Shown here: one piece after another, positions 47,530 to 57,832 of the stretch
Numbering within the stretch: the stretch's first letter is position 1
Layout: the number at the start of each line of letters is the position of its first letter
From: a virus
Length of the DNA: 64,000 nucleotides
Virus record (IMG/VR): IMGVR_UViG_3300028392_000065
Location: 2,845-66,844 of that record
Strand: one strand, 5' to 3'
Notes under the pieces: generated by a model
The model's input: the letters and a program-made list of their open reading frames with translations, nothing else
Told to the model about the DNA's origin: nothing
Databases searched by the model: none
Made by a program: the position numbers and the translations under genes

Positions 47530-48528
47530 TTAACCGTGAACGGCTGCTACAGAAACAACGTTACTGTAAGTACCGACACCGTTAGCGTTACGCGCAGCAA
47601 CACGGAAGTACAGAGTCTTTGAAGTACCCTGTGAAGTCGTGAGAGCAACGCTACCGCTAGTTACAGGAGTAGTTGGTGTAGTGTTCAATACTTGAGCCAC
47701 GGAGTCAACATACAGCGAACCAGTCGAAGCCGAGATTGAAGTCGCAGTCAACTGAGTAATCGTATTAAACGTACCGTTTGAAGTTGTCGAAACCTGAACG
47801 ACGTAAGGCGTGGCCGCTTCCGAACCACCAGCAGTTAGCGTACCAGTGTAAGAAGGAACATCCCAGTCCAGACCAATCGAAGGCGTAGTGCCAGATGCAG
47901 TCTGAGTCAAACGAACAGCAGTCAAGTTAAGAGGAGCAGAAGGTGCAGCAGTAGATGAAGTAACCGTAGCAGCCTCAGCAGGTTCCTGAGGAACAGCAGC
48001 AGTCACCGTGAAAGTCTGAACAGTGTTAGACGTAATTGCACCAGCAGTACGAGCAGTCACAACAACAGGCCAAATTTCAACAATGTTGTTAGTTGCAGGC
48101 TCCTGGTTAGTACCTTGTGAAACCGAAGTCGGGTTAGCAAAACGAGAAACAACAATGTATCCCTTAGTTCCGCGAGCCAACTTAGTCCAAGCAAAGTCAA
48201 CAGCAGACTGCGAAGTGTTAACGTCAGTGTAAGAAGCATCATCACGGTAAAAATCTGCAGTAAACGAAGCATTTACAGTACCAGGGATATTGCCTTCAAA
48301 AAGAGTGTCAATAGTAGGTGTAGGAACAGTGTTACCAGTTGACTGAGCGGTAATAGAAATCACAAAAGGAGTGAGATCGTAACATGTATCAATCTCGGCT
48401 TGAGTGATAGTAGCACTACCACCAGTCACTGAATTCCAAGCTGTTGAATAACCGCTAAGTCCAGCGAAAGCACCCGTGACTGGGTAAAACCCAATCCACG
48501 TATTGTTATTCGGAATAATTCTTGCCAT
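47530..48528 (-). CDS. major tail protein with C-terminal FN3 domain
   Basis: position; PSAPLNL...W......YFRVAARN.NG.G. Confidence 0.82.
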   Translation of the reverse strand: MARIIPNNNTWIGFYPVTGAFAGLSGYSTAWNSVTGGSATITQAEIDTCYDLTPFVISITAQSTGNTVPTPTIDTLFEGNIPGTVNASFTADFYRDDASYTDVNTSQSAVDFAWTKLARGTKGYIVVSRFANPTSVSQGTNQEPATNNIVEIWPVVVTARTAGAITSNTVQTFTVTAAVPQEPAEAATVTSSTAAPSAPLNLTAVRLTQTASGTTPSIGLDWDVPSYTGTLTAGGSEAATPYVVQVSTTSNGTFNTITQLTATSISASTGSLYVDSVAQVLNTTPTTPVTSGSVALTTSQGTSKTLYFRVAARNANGVGTYSNVVSVAAVHG

Positions 48529-48585
48529 GGGTTGTGGCCTCCTAAGCCATTCGTACGAAAATAAATACCGGTATATCCGATACTA

Positions 48586-49056
48586 CTACAAAGTCGGGGT
48601 AAAACTATTACGGGAACAAACAAGTCCAAACGAATCATAAACCTGCCAATAAGGCGGATTTACCGTATCCACACGCGAAACAGCACCCAAATTAGTCCAC
48701 TGCACAGCCGTAATCTTAAATGGCTGATTCACCCCAAAAGTATTATGCAAAACATTATTAGGACCACCATCAATAGCATTACGAGCCTTATTAGCAATCC
48801 AATCAACCTGCTTACGCGACCCACCAAAATAGCGAAGCGACCAATTAACAGTCCAATCCAAATTACCGTCAAGGTCATTAATCATTACGCTAGCCCCACC
48901 AGAAACCAAAACCATGTACGGAACATAAACACTTTGGTTAGGTTGACCTTTAAGCCAACCACCCTCAGCAGGAGCAATACCATCCCCAACAAGTTCGCCA
49001 GTATCAGTAGAAAGCTGGTAAATAAGCAAATCCGTTAAAGCACCATGATCAATCAT
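48586..49056 (-). CDS. tail terminator-like protein
   Basis: VGDG.AP...PY.VL motif directly upstream of the major tail gene. Confidence 0.65.
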   Translation of the reverse strand: MIDHGALTDLLIYQLSTDTGELVGDGIAPAEGGWLKGQPNQSVYVPYMVLVSGGASVMINDLDGNLDWTVNWSLRYFGGSRKQVDWIANKARNAIDGGPNNVLHNTFGVNQPFKITAVQWTNLGAVSRVDTVNPPYWQVYDSFGLVCSRNSFTPTL

Positions 49057-49331
49057 TCAACGATACCTTTAGCAATCTCACTCGAACGTTCATCAAACTT
49101 TTTAGACAAAGAAACAGCGTGCCGAGACAACTTAGCAGAATCAACATTAGCGCCCACAACAGGGCTTACCGTAGCCACAACACCCGTAGACGTCTGATGA
49201 AGCGTAGTCACCACATTACCCTCATGTGCAGCCCCCACAACAGCCTGGGCCTCACGATACATCCTCTGCGGCACCATCTCAGCCTTCTGGCGCATAACCA
49301 AAAGCATTTGCTCAAACTCTGTCAAATTCAT
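49053..49331 (-). CDS. head-tail region hypothetical protein
   Basis: ATGA-coupled on both sides. Confidence 0.6.
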   Translation of the reverse strand: MNLTEFEQMLLVMRQKAEMVPQRMYREAQAVVGAAHEGNVVTTLHQTSTGVVATVSPVVGANVDSAKLSRHAVSLSKKFDERSSEIAKGIVE

Positions 49332-49807
49332 ACATACCACTCCGAAGGAATAGCAGGAGAAGCCTCCCAGCCCTCCCAGCGCTGAACACCCGTAACAGAC
49401 ATGTTACGCACAGCCTCAAGTTGCCCAGAAGCCTGAACATCCATCACACGAAAAGCACGATTAACCATCAACACATCATGATGAGCAGTCACAATAACCA
49501 CATCATTAACCTGAGGCATAGTTGGCTGTCCCTCCTCATCAAACAAAGGAATAGACACAGAACCACTAGAAAAATATTGTGGCTCTTCACCCAAAGAATA
49601 CTGCTGAGGGCCACCAACAGTAGTCACACGCGCCTTACCAGCATAAACAGTAGAAAGCACAGTAGCTGTAGCATCACCAGTAGTAGTGTCCAAAGTAGGT
49701 TTACCTGGACGATCAATACGTACTTCAGAAGCCATGTTCATTTCCGCATACTTACGGGCATAACGGCGTACAAGATTAGTGTTAATTTTGTACACAATTA
49801 CCCCCAA
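49328..49807 (-). CDS. head-to-tail stopper-like protein
   Basis: M...V.I.RP...VYAGKARV...VNDVV motif; position. Confidence 0.65.
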   Translation of the reverse strand: MGVIVYKINTNLVRRYARKYAEMNMASEVRIDRPGKPTLDTTTGDATATVLSTVYAGKARVTTVGGPQQYSLGEEPQYFSSGSVSIPLFDEEGQPTMPQVNDVVIVTAHHDVLMVNRAFRVMDVQASGQLEAVRNMSVTGVQRWEGWEASPAIPSEWYV

Positions 49808-50298
49808 ACAATCGGCTCATTCTGCACATCAGAATGCCACCAATCCACAGCACGCCCAGGATGATAATCACCATAATTTTGACGGCCAGCAAGATAATTA
49901 TCATTAAAGCCAATACCAAACACCAAAGGTGCAATCTCAGGATCCCAATTAACGCTCAAAACATTATTAGCAACCACAGGGTCAAACCAGCCATACTGAG
50001 CCTTATACTGGTCACGCAAAGACTGAGCCAAATCATTAAACCGCTGCTGCAACTGACCAATCTGCACAGACACACCATCAGCAGAAACATCAACCTCGCG
50101 AGCAAACCTCGAAGCTACAACCTCCGCAGCAACAGCCGCCGTATACAAAGGGGCACCATAAATGTCAGCCCACTCACTATTAAGGAAAGTAATTTCCTCA
50201 TCAGTCAGCAAAGGAAAATTAGGGTCAACATCACCCAAATAGAAACGGATAGTATCCTTTTCAGAAGTACTTGGATCACCACTATAAGTCCACGACAT
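49798..50298 (-). CDS. head-to-tail adaptor-like protein
   Basis: WTYSGDP....D.IRF.LGD.....LLTDEEI. Confidence 0.7.
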   Translation of the reverse strand: MSWTYSGDPSTSEKDTIRFYLGDVDPNFPLLTDEEITFLNSEWADIYGAPLYTAAVAAEVVASRFAREVDVSADGVSVQIGQLQQRFNDLAQSLRDQYKAQYGWFDPVVANNVLSVNWDPEIAPLVFGIGFNDNYLAGRQNYGDYHPGRAVDWWHSDVQNEPIVWG

Positions 50299-50331
50299 AG
50301 GACAATCCTAACTTAAAATAGTTACTATTTA

Positions 50332-50829
50332 TTAATGGCGGCCATGTTTCTTATCGTGAGCAATACCAGCAACGCCAGCGCCAAATAACGACCCACCAGC
50401 AATACCCCCTGCAAGCCGTTGTCTGCCTTTAAGTTCAGCAACACGAGTGTTAACTCTGCCCGTATTGAATTCATTCATTGCAGCACGGTGAGGAGCATCA
50501 TAATGACCGTACTTTAAACTACTGCTTCCAGTTTTTAGTTGGTCTCTTGCTTTGCCGCGCAATCCGCGTTCATTAGCTGTTTGAAGACGCTGCAACAAAC
50601 GCGTTTTACCATATCTATGATCACCCATAGCGCGAGTAAAGCCACGCGTATAAGCAGACTTCTCAACATCATCAAGAGCACCAACAACACCATCAAAGCC
50701 ACGCAAAGCTTTAGAAACTAGAAACGATTTTTCAACAGACATACGAGCCTCCCGGCAATCTTTACATTTACAAGTACAGCCCTTTGCTGCAATCCCATGC
50801 TTACAACCACAACCACACGCAGCACACAT
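50332..50829 (-). CDS. protein with a Cys-rich N-terminus and a cationic Gly-rich C-terminus
   Basis: MCAACGCGC...CTCKCKDC, then VEKS/VSKA/VEKS motifs. Confidence 0.7.
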   Translation of the reverse strand: MCAACGCGCKHGIAAKGCTCKCKDCREARMSVEKSFLVSKALRGFDGVVGALDDVEKSAYTRGFTRAMGDHRYGKTRLLQRLQTANERGLRGKARDQLKTGSSSLKYGHYDAPHRAAMNEFNTGRVNTRVAELKGRQRLAGGIAGGSLFGAGVAGIAHDKKHGRH

Positions 50830-50831
50830 AA

Positions 50832-51134
50832 CTAATCCTTTTCCTCAATCCAACGATTAGCAATCCACGTTTCAAGACGAAGCCAATTAGCCGCGCCAAC
50901 AACTTCCTGACCCTGAGTATAAACAGCGCCATTATAAGTTAAAGTTTTCATAGCCAAATACTTCTTGGCCTTACCGGTATCCGCAGCAATGTCATTACGC
51001 GTAGCAACACGCTGCAACTCTTTATTAGCCACAGAAACATCATTCTGACTCGCAGTAGAAGCACGCGTCGTCTTAGACGTAGCTTTACGAATAGGAGTCT
51101 GAGTCTTACCATTAACAGCCTTGGTCTGAGGCAT
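50832..51134 (-). CDS. hypothetical protein
   Basis: 100 aa, coupled. Confidence 0.65.
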   Translation of the reverse strand: MPQTKAVNGKTQTPIRKATSKTTRASTASQNDVSVANKELQRVATRNDIAADTGKAKKYLAMKTLTYNGAVYTQGQEVVGAANWLRLETWIANRWIEEKD

Positions 51135-51142
51135 AATAAACC

Positions 51143-51766
51143 CTACTTAACGTAAGTGCTAAAAACAGCAGAATAAGTGCCCGTAATACCACCAACAACA
51201 GCAGCAACACGGAAATCATACATTGAAGTCGTATTCAAACCAGAAATAACTTGACTTTCAGTTTTAGACCCGACAGCAGAATTAGTAGTCCAACTAGTAG
51301 CGGAAGACAGCTTGTACTGAACATAATAATCCGTCACCGTAATAGCGCCAGACGTACTATCAATAGGCTCATACCAAGACAAAGAAAACGCCCCAGCAGC
51401 TTGACCAACAATAGTGCCATTAACTGCGTAAGGAACACCCGCAACAGCATAAGCATTAACAACCGCAGGATTTAAATACGTTGGCATAGGTGTGTACTTT
51501 ACAGAACTATTATTTGACGTATCCGCAAGACCATTAAGGTCCAACACACCATTATTGTACGTACCACTCTTAGAACGCTGACGTGCATTTGGAAGCCGGC
51601 GGGCGCTGGGGTCCTGAACAGGAACAACCCAGCGCTTCGCCAACAACGATTGAAGTGTCTTCATACCTAGTACTTGGGCATCAGTAAGAACCGTACCCTT
51701 AGCGATAGTTGTATTACGGTACGCCAAATCACGCGCAGCACGTAGGACAGTAGACACTCGGTACAT
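51143..51766 (-). CDS. FN3-domain virion protein
   Basis: LSW......TDYYVQYK....W......ISGL....YDFRVAA. Confidence 0.75.
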   Translation of the reverse strand: MYRVSTVLRAARDLAYRNTTIAKGTVLTDAQVLGMKTLQSLLAKRWVVPVQDPSARRLPNARQRSKSGTYNNGVLDLNGLADTSNNSSVKYTPMPTYLNPAVVNAYAVAGVPYAVNGTIVGQAAGAFSLSWYEPIDSTSGAITVTDYYVQYKLSSATSWTTNSAVGSKTESQVISGLNTTSMYDFRVAAVVGGITGTYSAVFSTYVK

Positions 51767-51768
51767 AA

Positions 51769-52830
51769 TTACGCAACCAAACTCGGGAAGAATACACCCA
51801 TGTCAGGCGCAACAATCTTCATGTCGTAAGTCATTTCAGCTTCAATACGATCAGAAGCAATATGCTCCATACGGAAACGCTTAATCTTAATACCTTCAGA
51901 ATTACCACCAAGGTAGCCGTTCCACGTAAACGTGTAACCAGCAGAAGGTGTCATCAGCGAAGGAGCAGACGGAGCGTAGCAAAGAAGAGCAGACTTCGAA
52001 TCATTAATGAAGTTGAAGTTAGCACGAGCATCCTGAGCCTTAGCATCAGGAATCTGAATGCCAGTACCATCGCCAGCAGCAGTAGTGCTAGTAGTAGTAG
52101 CAGTAGCATACGAAGTGTACAGTTCCTTAACACCAAACATCGTAGCAATAAGGTCCTCAGTCACAATACCGCGCTGAGTGTACTTAATACGATCAATGAT
52201 ATCTGGGTGCTGCTTAAGAGCGGTCATAACATCCGCACCAAGAACCATGATGTTAGGAGCAAAACCAGTGTTCTTACGGAAAGCAATAACAGCACGAGCA
52301 ACGTCACCAATAGGGTCAGAACCAGCATCAGACCACTTTGAATAAGGCACAGTTCCAGAAAAACCAGTCTGCGTCAAACCATTGTAAACGGGATTAGAGT
52401 TACCAGCAGTAAGATCAACATCCCAAGTATTAGAAGTAAAGTACTTAGCAGCCCAATCAACATCGCGCTTAAGAAGCAATTGGTTAGTTACAAACTCGGT
52501 GCTGTCGCGGTCGAGGATAAAGTTGCTATCAGCATTCGCACGTAGCTGATCATCAATGTCCTTATGAACACCATAGACATGGGCAAAGTACTGGTCCGTA
52601 GTAACGTTCCAACCCACACCAGGAGTCTCAGTAGAAGGAGCACGACGAGCAACGTCAGTACGACGCCAATCGCTCTTGCTGTACTTCCAGTACAAGTCAG
52701 ACTGCTTCTTAACAGGAACCTTAGGGAACACCTTATCGGCAATGTAAGAATCAGCAGACTGCATGTATGCGACGCTGACATTAGTCAACGGCACATTTAC
52801 GTGCAAATCGGATTGTGATGGATTTGGCAT
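51769..52830 (-). CDS. major capsid protein
   Basis: 353 aa; DLHVNVPLTNVSVAY...IADKVFP.VPV..QSD.Y, PSAGYTF, typical of a lambda E-like MCP group. Confidence 0.9.
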   Translation of the reverse strand: MPNPSQSDLHVNVPLTNVSVAYMQSADSYIADKVFPKVPVKKQSDLYWKYSKSDWRRTDVARRAPSTETPGVGWNVTTDQYFAHVYGVHKDIDDQLRANADSNFILDRDSTEFVTNQLLLKRDVDWAAKYFTSNTWDVDLTAGNSNPVYNGLTQTGFSGTVPYSKWSDAGSDPIGDVARAVIAFRKNTGFAPNIMVLGADVMTALKQHPDIIDRIKYTQRGIVTEDLIATMFGVKELYTSYATATTTSTTAAGDGTGIQIPDAKAQDARANFNFINDSKSALLCYAPSAPSLMTPSAGYTFTWNGYLGGNSEGIKIKRFRMEHIASDRIEAEMTYDMKIVAPDMGVFFPSLVA

Positions 52831-52849
52831 TAGTTAATTCACCTATTCC

Positions 52850-53776
52850 TTATCGGGCGGCCAGTAGGACTGGGATCAGTTCGCCTGGAGTAGACGAAGA
52901 AGCGAGAGCAACGCCAGCAATAACCGGCTGACGAACAGTAGAGATTGTTGTCGTAGCAGTACCATTAGCAGTTGTCGGTGCAGCACTATTAGTCCACGAC
53001 AAAGTGTCATTCGTGTTAGTAGTAGTGGTTACCGAGTTTAGGTAGAACGAACCATTATGTAGTCCAGGACCGCCAGAAACAGTAATCAAGTCACCAACCT
53101 TAAACGTTGTGGCAGCACCAATAGTGGTTGTAACAGTAGTTGTACTTGAAACAGTAAGCGCAACAGTGCTTGTAGCCACTGCATAAACCGAACTCACACC
53201 AGCCTTAGCGGCAGCACCAAGAGTATCTGAAGCAAGCTTGTCACCCGCAGAAATTGCGGTAGCAGCCGTACCAACAGCCTGACCGGTAATTACATACGAA
53301 ACGCCAAGGAAACCAACCTGAGCAGCAGCGCCTTCATACTGCGGCTTGTTCTGTAGAACACCAATTGAATAATCAGCGCTTGAAGTGCAAAGGCCTGCCT
53401 TCTTAGCACCAGTAATCTTAACAAAACGGTACTGCTGATTGTAGATAGCCTTAGTAACAGTACCAACAGCAGCAGTAGTTGTACCACTTGAGTTAGAAAC
53501 CGTGAAAGTGTTAGCAGCAGTAATCGTAGCAACTACGAAACCGCCATTATTACCAGAATTAGTTCCAGTATTAGCGATGTAAACAGTGTCACCAACAGAC
53601 AAACCATGATTAGTTGTTGTAACAACAGTGTTAGTTCCACCGCTAGCAGTAATGCTAGTAATTTTAAAGAACGTGGAAGGACCGCCACCTGCAGCAACAC
53701 CAGAAACACCGGTGTAGCCAGAGATAGAAGCATCCGCATTCAGAGAAAGGGATTTGAGGGAATCTTCAAAAGCCAT
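52850..53776 (-). CDS. capsid decoration/cement protein with inserted beta domains
   Basis: QYRFVK...IGVLQNKP......V...GVS; between scaffold and MCP. Confidence 0.72.
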   Translation of the reverse strand: MAFEDSLKSLSLNADASISGYTGVSGVAAGGGPSTFFKITSITASGGTNTVVTTTNHGLSVGDTVYIANTGTNSGNNGGFVVATITAANTFTVSNSSGTTTAAVGTVTKAIYNQQYRFVKITGAKKAGLCTSSADYSIGVLQNKPQYEGAAAQVGFLGVSYVITGQAVGTAATAISAGDKLASDTLGAAAKAGVSSVYAVATSTVALTVSSTTTVTTTIGAATTFKVGDLITVSGGPGLHNGSFYLNSVTTTTNTNDTLSWTNSAAPTTANGTATTTISTVRQPVIAGVALASSSTPGELIPVLLAAR

Positions 53777-53779
53777 GGT

Positions 53780-54676
53780 TTAGTACCGTCCTTCTGATAA
53801 GTAAGCATCGTATGCGCTTGGATTGGCTTCGAACATAGCCGAATAAGCCTGCTCGTATGAAACATCTGACTTGCCAACAAATTCTTGCGCAAGACCATCA
53901 ACAGTATCAAGAACAGAAACATTAGCTGTATCGCCAACATAACCAATCTCGTTGTACAAAGAATCACCAACAGAAGCAAACAATTCATCAAGAATGTCTA
54001 ACTCCTCATCAGTCAAAGTTTCAGCAATAGACTTCAAAATTGGGCCAAGAACCTCAGGGCTCACAGGCAGATTGTATTCAGCAGCCTTAGAAATGAAAGC
54101 ATCCTCAATGCGCGCATCTTCAATAGCAGCCGCATACTCAAACGCTTCAGCAGCCTGAGCCTTAGCAATCTCAACTTCATCCATAGCCTTAGCAATAACC
54201 ATTTCACGATCATAATCGGTTACAGCCTTGCTCAAATCTTCAAGAACAGAATCACCAAGTGACTTCTTCATGTGCTGACTACGGTAACGACCAGCGCCAT
54301 AACCTGCACCAGCCAAGCCAGTACCACCAGCTGCAGCACCAGCTGCAAGCTTACGCTTACGCGACCGAACAAAAGCTTCAGCAGCTTCCTCAGCATTACT
54401 ACCAAAACGAGCGCCAGCCTGACCAGCACCCTTTTCTACGTCTCCGTCTTCAACAAAGACAAACTCATTACCTTCGGCGTCATAAACTACATCGCCATGC
54501 TCAAGGACATCGATGTCTACAGACTCTCCGACCTCATCATATACTTCCGGCACTTGGCCCTCCTCATTGAAGCCTTCGTCATTTTTGGCGAAAGCGATTA
54601 AACCATGCTGGTTAGCAGGTCGGTCAACTACTGAAACCTCATCGATTTCAATGTCAAAAAGTTTCTTAATACTCAT
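53780..54676 (-). CDS. scaffolding protein with protease-like N-terminus
   Basis: IDEVSVVDRPANQ; acidic coiled coil; C-terminal A...NP.AY..Y. Confidence 0.75.
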   Translation of the reverse strand: MSIKKLFDIEIDEVSVVDRPANQHGLIAFAKNDEGFNEEGQVPEVYDEVGESVDIDVLEHGDVVYDAEGNEFVFVEDGDVEKGAGQAGARFGSNAEEAAEAFVRSRKRKLAAGAAAGGTGLAGAGYGAGRYRSQHMKKSLGDSVLEDLSKAVTDYDREMVIAKAMDEVEIAKAQAAEAFEYAAAIEDARIEDAFISKAAEYNLPVSPEVLGPILKSIAETLTDEELDILDELFASVGDSLYNEIGYVGDTANVSVLDTVDGLAQEFVGKSDVSYEQAYSAMFEANPSAYDAYLSEGRY

Positions 54677-54733
54677 CGTATTCCAATCCTTACGCAAATC
54701 AACAGAGTTTGCATTAGCCTTAACAAAAAAGTT

Positions 54734-55864
54734 TTACGTCCAAGGCTGATTACGAGCCGAGATACCATGGCGATAAGTAGCAACACTAGCCCCTGCAAGA
54801 GCCGCAGCCCCCGTAGCAAGCAAAGCGCCCTTCTTATTTCCCCGAACATTAATACTACTAGTACCAGCAGGTTTAGTAATTTTAATATGATTGGCAGCAC
54901 GATTAGCTGCAACTAAAGACCCGCCACCTGCAAGACCAGAATACATGCCTATACGACGTTGACGGTCAGCCTCAGGATCAACACGACGGTAAGCCTTTTC
55001 AACACCAGAAACCTTTTTGTTTCGGTTAGCATAAATCAAAGCACCACCACCAGCAATACCAGCCAAACCAGCCCCGCGAAAACGCTTAAGCTGCTTGTAC
55101 TTACGATGTAATCTGCTTATGTCACCTGCAACATCTGTGTTAGTTTTGCTGCTTTGGCCATGCATAACAAAAGCAGTGTCTCTTAACACGTTATTCATAG
55201 CCAAATGCCCACCCGTCGCAGCAGTTTGACCCACTAAAACAGCGCCCAAACCCGCTGTAGTACCAGCCCGCTGCCGATTAGTACGACCACTACTCAAACT
55301 TTTGCCATGCCCATTACCACTAACAGAACCGCTAGCCTTACTAATCAAAGTCATATCATTCTTAGCCATAGACCCAACCTTACCTTTACTAGAGTTCGTA
55401 CGCGCTAACTGTCCATTAATAGATCTACGTGCCATAACATCGCCAGCCAACTCAGCACCATGCAAAGTAAGCCAACCACCCGCAGCAACAGCACCAGCAA
55501 TCTTAGCTGGCTTACCAGCCTTAGGCATCAACTGAGCAACCTTAGGCGGCAAAGGCTTCTTCACATGAGATACCGGCTCATTCAACCAACCAGAACTCAC
55601 AAGTTTCTTACGACCAGGAACCTTAGACCGCCACGCAGCAGGAGTAGAAGCCAAAATAGCATGACCAGCACCAATAGTAGCCAAAGTATTTAAAGTGCGA
55701 GCAGTCTTCAACTCACGCTGCGATTGCTCCTTGCCAGAAGAAACCCCAGATTTAGAAACCTTACGCTTACGCACCAACATACCTGGGCGATAATGCCCCT
55801 CAACACCATGAAGACCAGCAGGGTTATTAGGTAAATTAGAATCATTTTGATCATAAACAGACAT
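54734..55864 (-). CDS. modular cationic Gly-rich head protein
   Basis: 376 aa; modules split by VSKS, ISKA, VEKA. Confidence 0.7.
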   Translation of the reverse strand: MSVYDQNDSNLPNNPAGLHGVEGHYRPGMLVRKRKVSKSGVSSGKEQSQRELKTARTLNTLATIGAGHAILASTPAAWRSKVPGRKKLVSSGWLNEPVSHVKKPLPPKVAQLMPKAGKPAKIAGAVAAGGWLTLHGAELAGDVMARRSINGQLARTNSSKGKVGSMAKNDMTLISKASGSVSGNGHGKSLSSGRTNRQRAGTTAGLGAVLVGQTAATGGHLAMNNVLRDTAFVMHGQSSKTNTDVAGDISRLHRKYKQLKRFRGAGLAGIAGGGALIYANRNKKVSGVEKAYRRVDPEADRQRRIGMYSGLAGGGSLVAANRAANHIKITKPAGTSSINVRGNKKGALLATGAAALAGASVATYRHGISARNQPWT

Positions 55865-57078
55865 TAGGTCATCATCGTCCCTCTACCCGCAGGGGCATTC
55901 ATAATCAAACCATACGCATTAGCATTAGAAACACCAAGACCACGACGATTTAACGTACTTGACATTAACATTTCACCACGACCATAAGCTTGTGCTTTAG
56001 CCTGCAAAACACCTGCAGACAACATTTGCAAAGGCGAAATAGGATTACGGCGAATAGGCAAAGCGTTATCCATCCACGCATAAATATTTTCATCCAAATC
56101 AGAATGCGAACGAATGTTCGAACTCTTAGACACACTATTCCCCGAATAATGATGCCTAGAATTTTGGTAAGCAGCCGCACCTGTAGCTGCCGCTGCCAAA
56201 CCAGTTAAAGCCATACCAGAAGGACCAGTATGCGTATGAGCAAGAACCCTTTTCATACGACCACCAGGCAAATTTGTAGGATAAGTTTTGAAATAATTAC
56301 GCCACTCAGCAGCACCCGCAACAGGCGTACCTTTAGGGAAACCAGAAGCCTTCTTATGCTCCTGTAAAATCTTTCTACCCTCAGCACCACGAACCTTTTG
56401 CCCAAACAAACGATCCGAATACCGACTTAACTTATTTTCGGCAGGACCTTTACCCGCATCACGTAACTTTTTCCACTCATCAATAGAGCGAAGATCCACC
56501 CTAGGTGAACCAGATTTTCTACGACCACTTGCACGGCCCGCAGTTTCCTCACGCAACTGGCGCTCAAAATGGCGATCAAGTGGCTTCAACGCATAACTAG
56601 CGCCCTGATAAGCAGCACCGCCAACAGCAGCACCAGCCACACCCGAATCAACATCATGCCGTTTAAGTGACTTATCAACAGAGTAATGCGCGCCCAAAAC
56701 AGTAGCAGGAATAGCTAGAGCAGTAGTAGCACCAATAAACTTACCGCGAGTCCTCAAAGACCAAGGAACGTTCTTACGCTTCTGGCCCAAATCACGCAAT
56801 GCCGTACCCTTACGCTTACCAGCCAAACGGTTCTCATACTGAGCTTCAATCTTTTGGCGATGCTTATACATGCCTTCGGTAGGAATCTTATCTACCGGAT
56901 TTCCATGAACATCAAGACCATACTTACCATTTTTAAGCGCATTAATTTTGGCATCATACTTAGCTTCATGCAGAGCATTATGGTGATTAGCAATACGGTT
57001 TGCGTTAACCGCTGCAGTACCAGAAACAAGCCCTGCACCTAAAGTTGCTTGACCATACCTTTTACTTTTCTCTGACAT
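55864..57078 (-). CDS. modular cationic Gly-rich head protein
   Basis: 404 aa; modules split by VDKS, VSKS. Confidence 0.7.
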   Translation of the reverse strand: MSEKSKRYGQATLGAGLVSGTAAVNANRIANHHNALHEAKYDAKINALKNGKYGLDVHGNPVDKIPTEGMYKHRQKIEAQYENRLAGKRKGTALRDLGQKRKNVPWSLRTRGKFIGATTALAIPATVLGAHYSVDKSLKRHDVDSGVAGAAVGGAAYQGASYALKPLDRHFERQLREETAGRASGRRKSGSPRVDLRSIDEWKKLRDAGKGPAENKLSRYSDRLFGQKVRGAEGRKILQEHKKASGFPKGTPVAGAAEWRNYFKTYPTNLPGGRMKRVLAHTHTGPSGMALTGLAAAATGAAAYQNSRHHYSGNSVSKSSNIRSHSDLDENIYAWMDNALPIRRNPISPLQMLSAGVLQAKAQAYGRGEMLMSSTLNRRGLGVSNANAYGLIMNAPAGRGTMMT

Positions 57079-57080
57079 AG

Positions 57081-57764
57081 CTAAGCATCGATTTCTTTAC
57101 GCTTGCCTTTACCATGAATAGAAAAGCCAGTAACTTCGCCCTTCTTAACCTTCTGCCAAGCCTCATCATCATGAATCTTATAACCAACCCACCAGCCAAC
57201 AGGAGTTGAATCAGGCAAACCCATCTTTTCAATCTTTTCAGGAGTCATAACAAAAGACTCAATCATGTCAGAAGCATGGAAAGGATTTTCCCCATCGCGG
57301 CGATGCTGATGCCCACCCTTACGAGACTTCAACACATACTCGTAAGCAGCGCGTTCCATCTCATCAGGAGAAATCCAATCACCTTGACGATCAACAACAG
57401 GCTGACCATTAAGTTCAACAACCGAAGCCCAACCAAAAACTTGTCGCTTATCCTCATCAGTCTTAGCAAACTCGCCAGCCCAAACAACAGAAACCCCATC
57501 GTTCTTACTCATGGCATCAGTATTATCAACAATGACGCCATTCTTTTTAGGGTTAATCATTTTAGGAACCAAACGACCCTTACGGCCACTCCCCCGCGTA
57601 TTAACATCTGACGGATCAGGGTTCATTTTAGAAATACCATCAACCGTGTACAAATATTCCCATACTTCTTCGGCATGAACCGAATCACCAAAAAGGGTTT
57701 TGCAAAGCTCGACAAAGCCAGGGTCAACTTCGTGTAGTGCCTTAACAATTTTTTGGGAATCCAT
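57081..57764 (-). CDS. XkdF-like prohead serine protease
   Basis: K.DEDKRQVFGWA...DRQGD....E.ERAAY...H...ESF...GWWVG....D...W..VK.G..TGFSI.G. Confidence 0.85.
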   Translation of the reverse strand: MDSQKIVKALHEVDPGFVELCKTLFGDSVHAEEVWEYLYTVDGISKMNPDPSDVNTRGSGRKGRLVPKMINPKKNGVIVDNTDAMSKNDGVSVVWAGEFAKTDEDKRQVFGWASVVELNGQPVVDRQGDWISPDEMERAAYEYVLKSRKGGHQHRRDGENPFHASDMIESFVMTPEKIEKMGLPDSTPVGWWVGYKIHDDEAWQKVKKGEVTGFSIHGKGKRKEIDA

Positions 57765-57832
57765 TGAGCCTCCTGAATACATACTTACCTCTATTCTGCT
57801 ACCTTTTAAACCTAAATGCATTAGTCCGCAGG

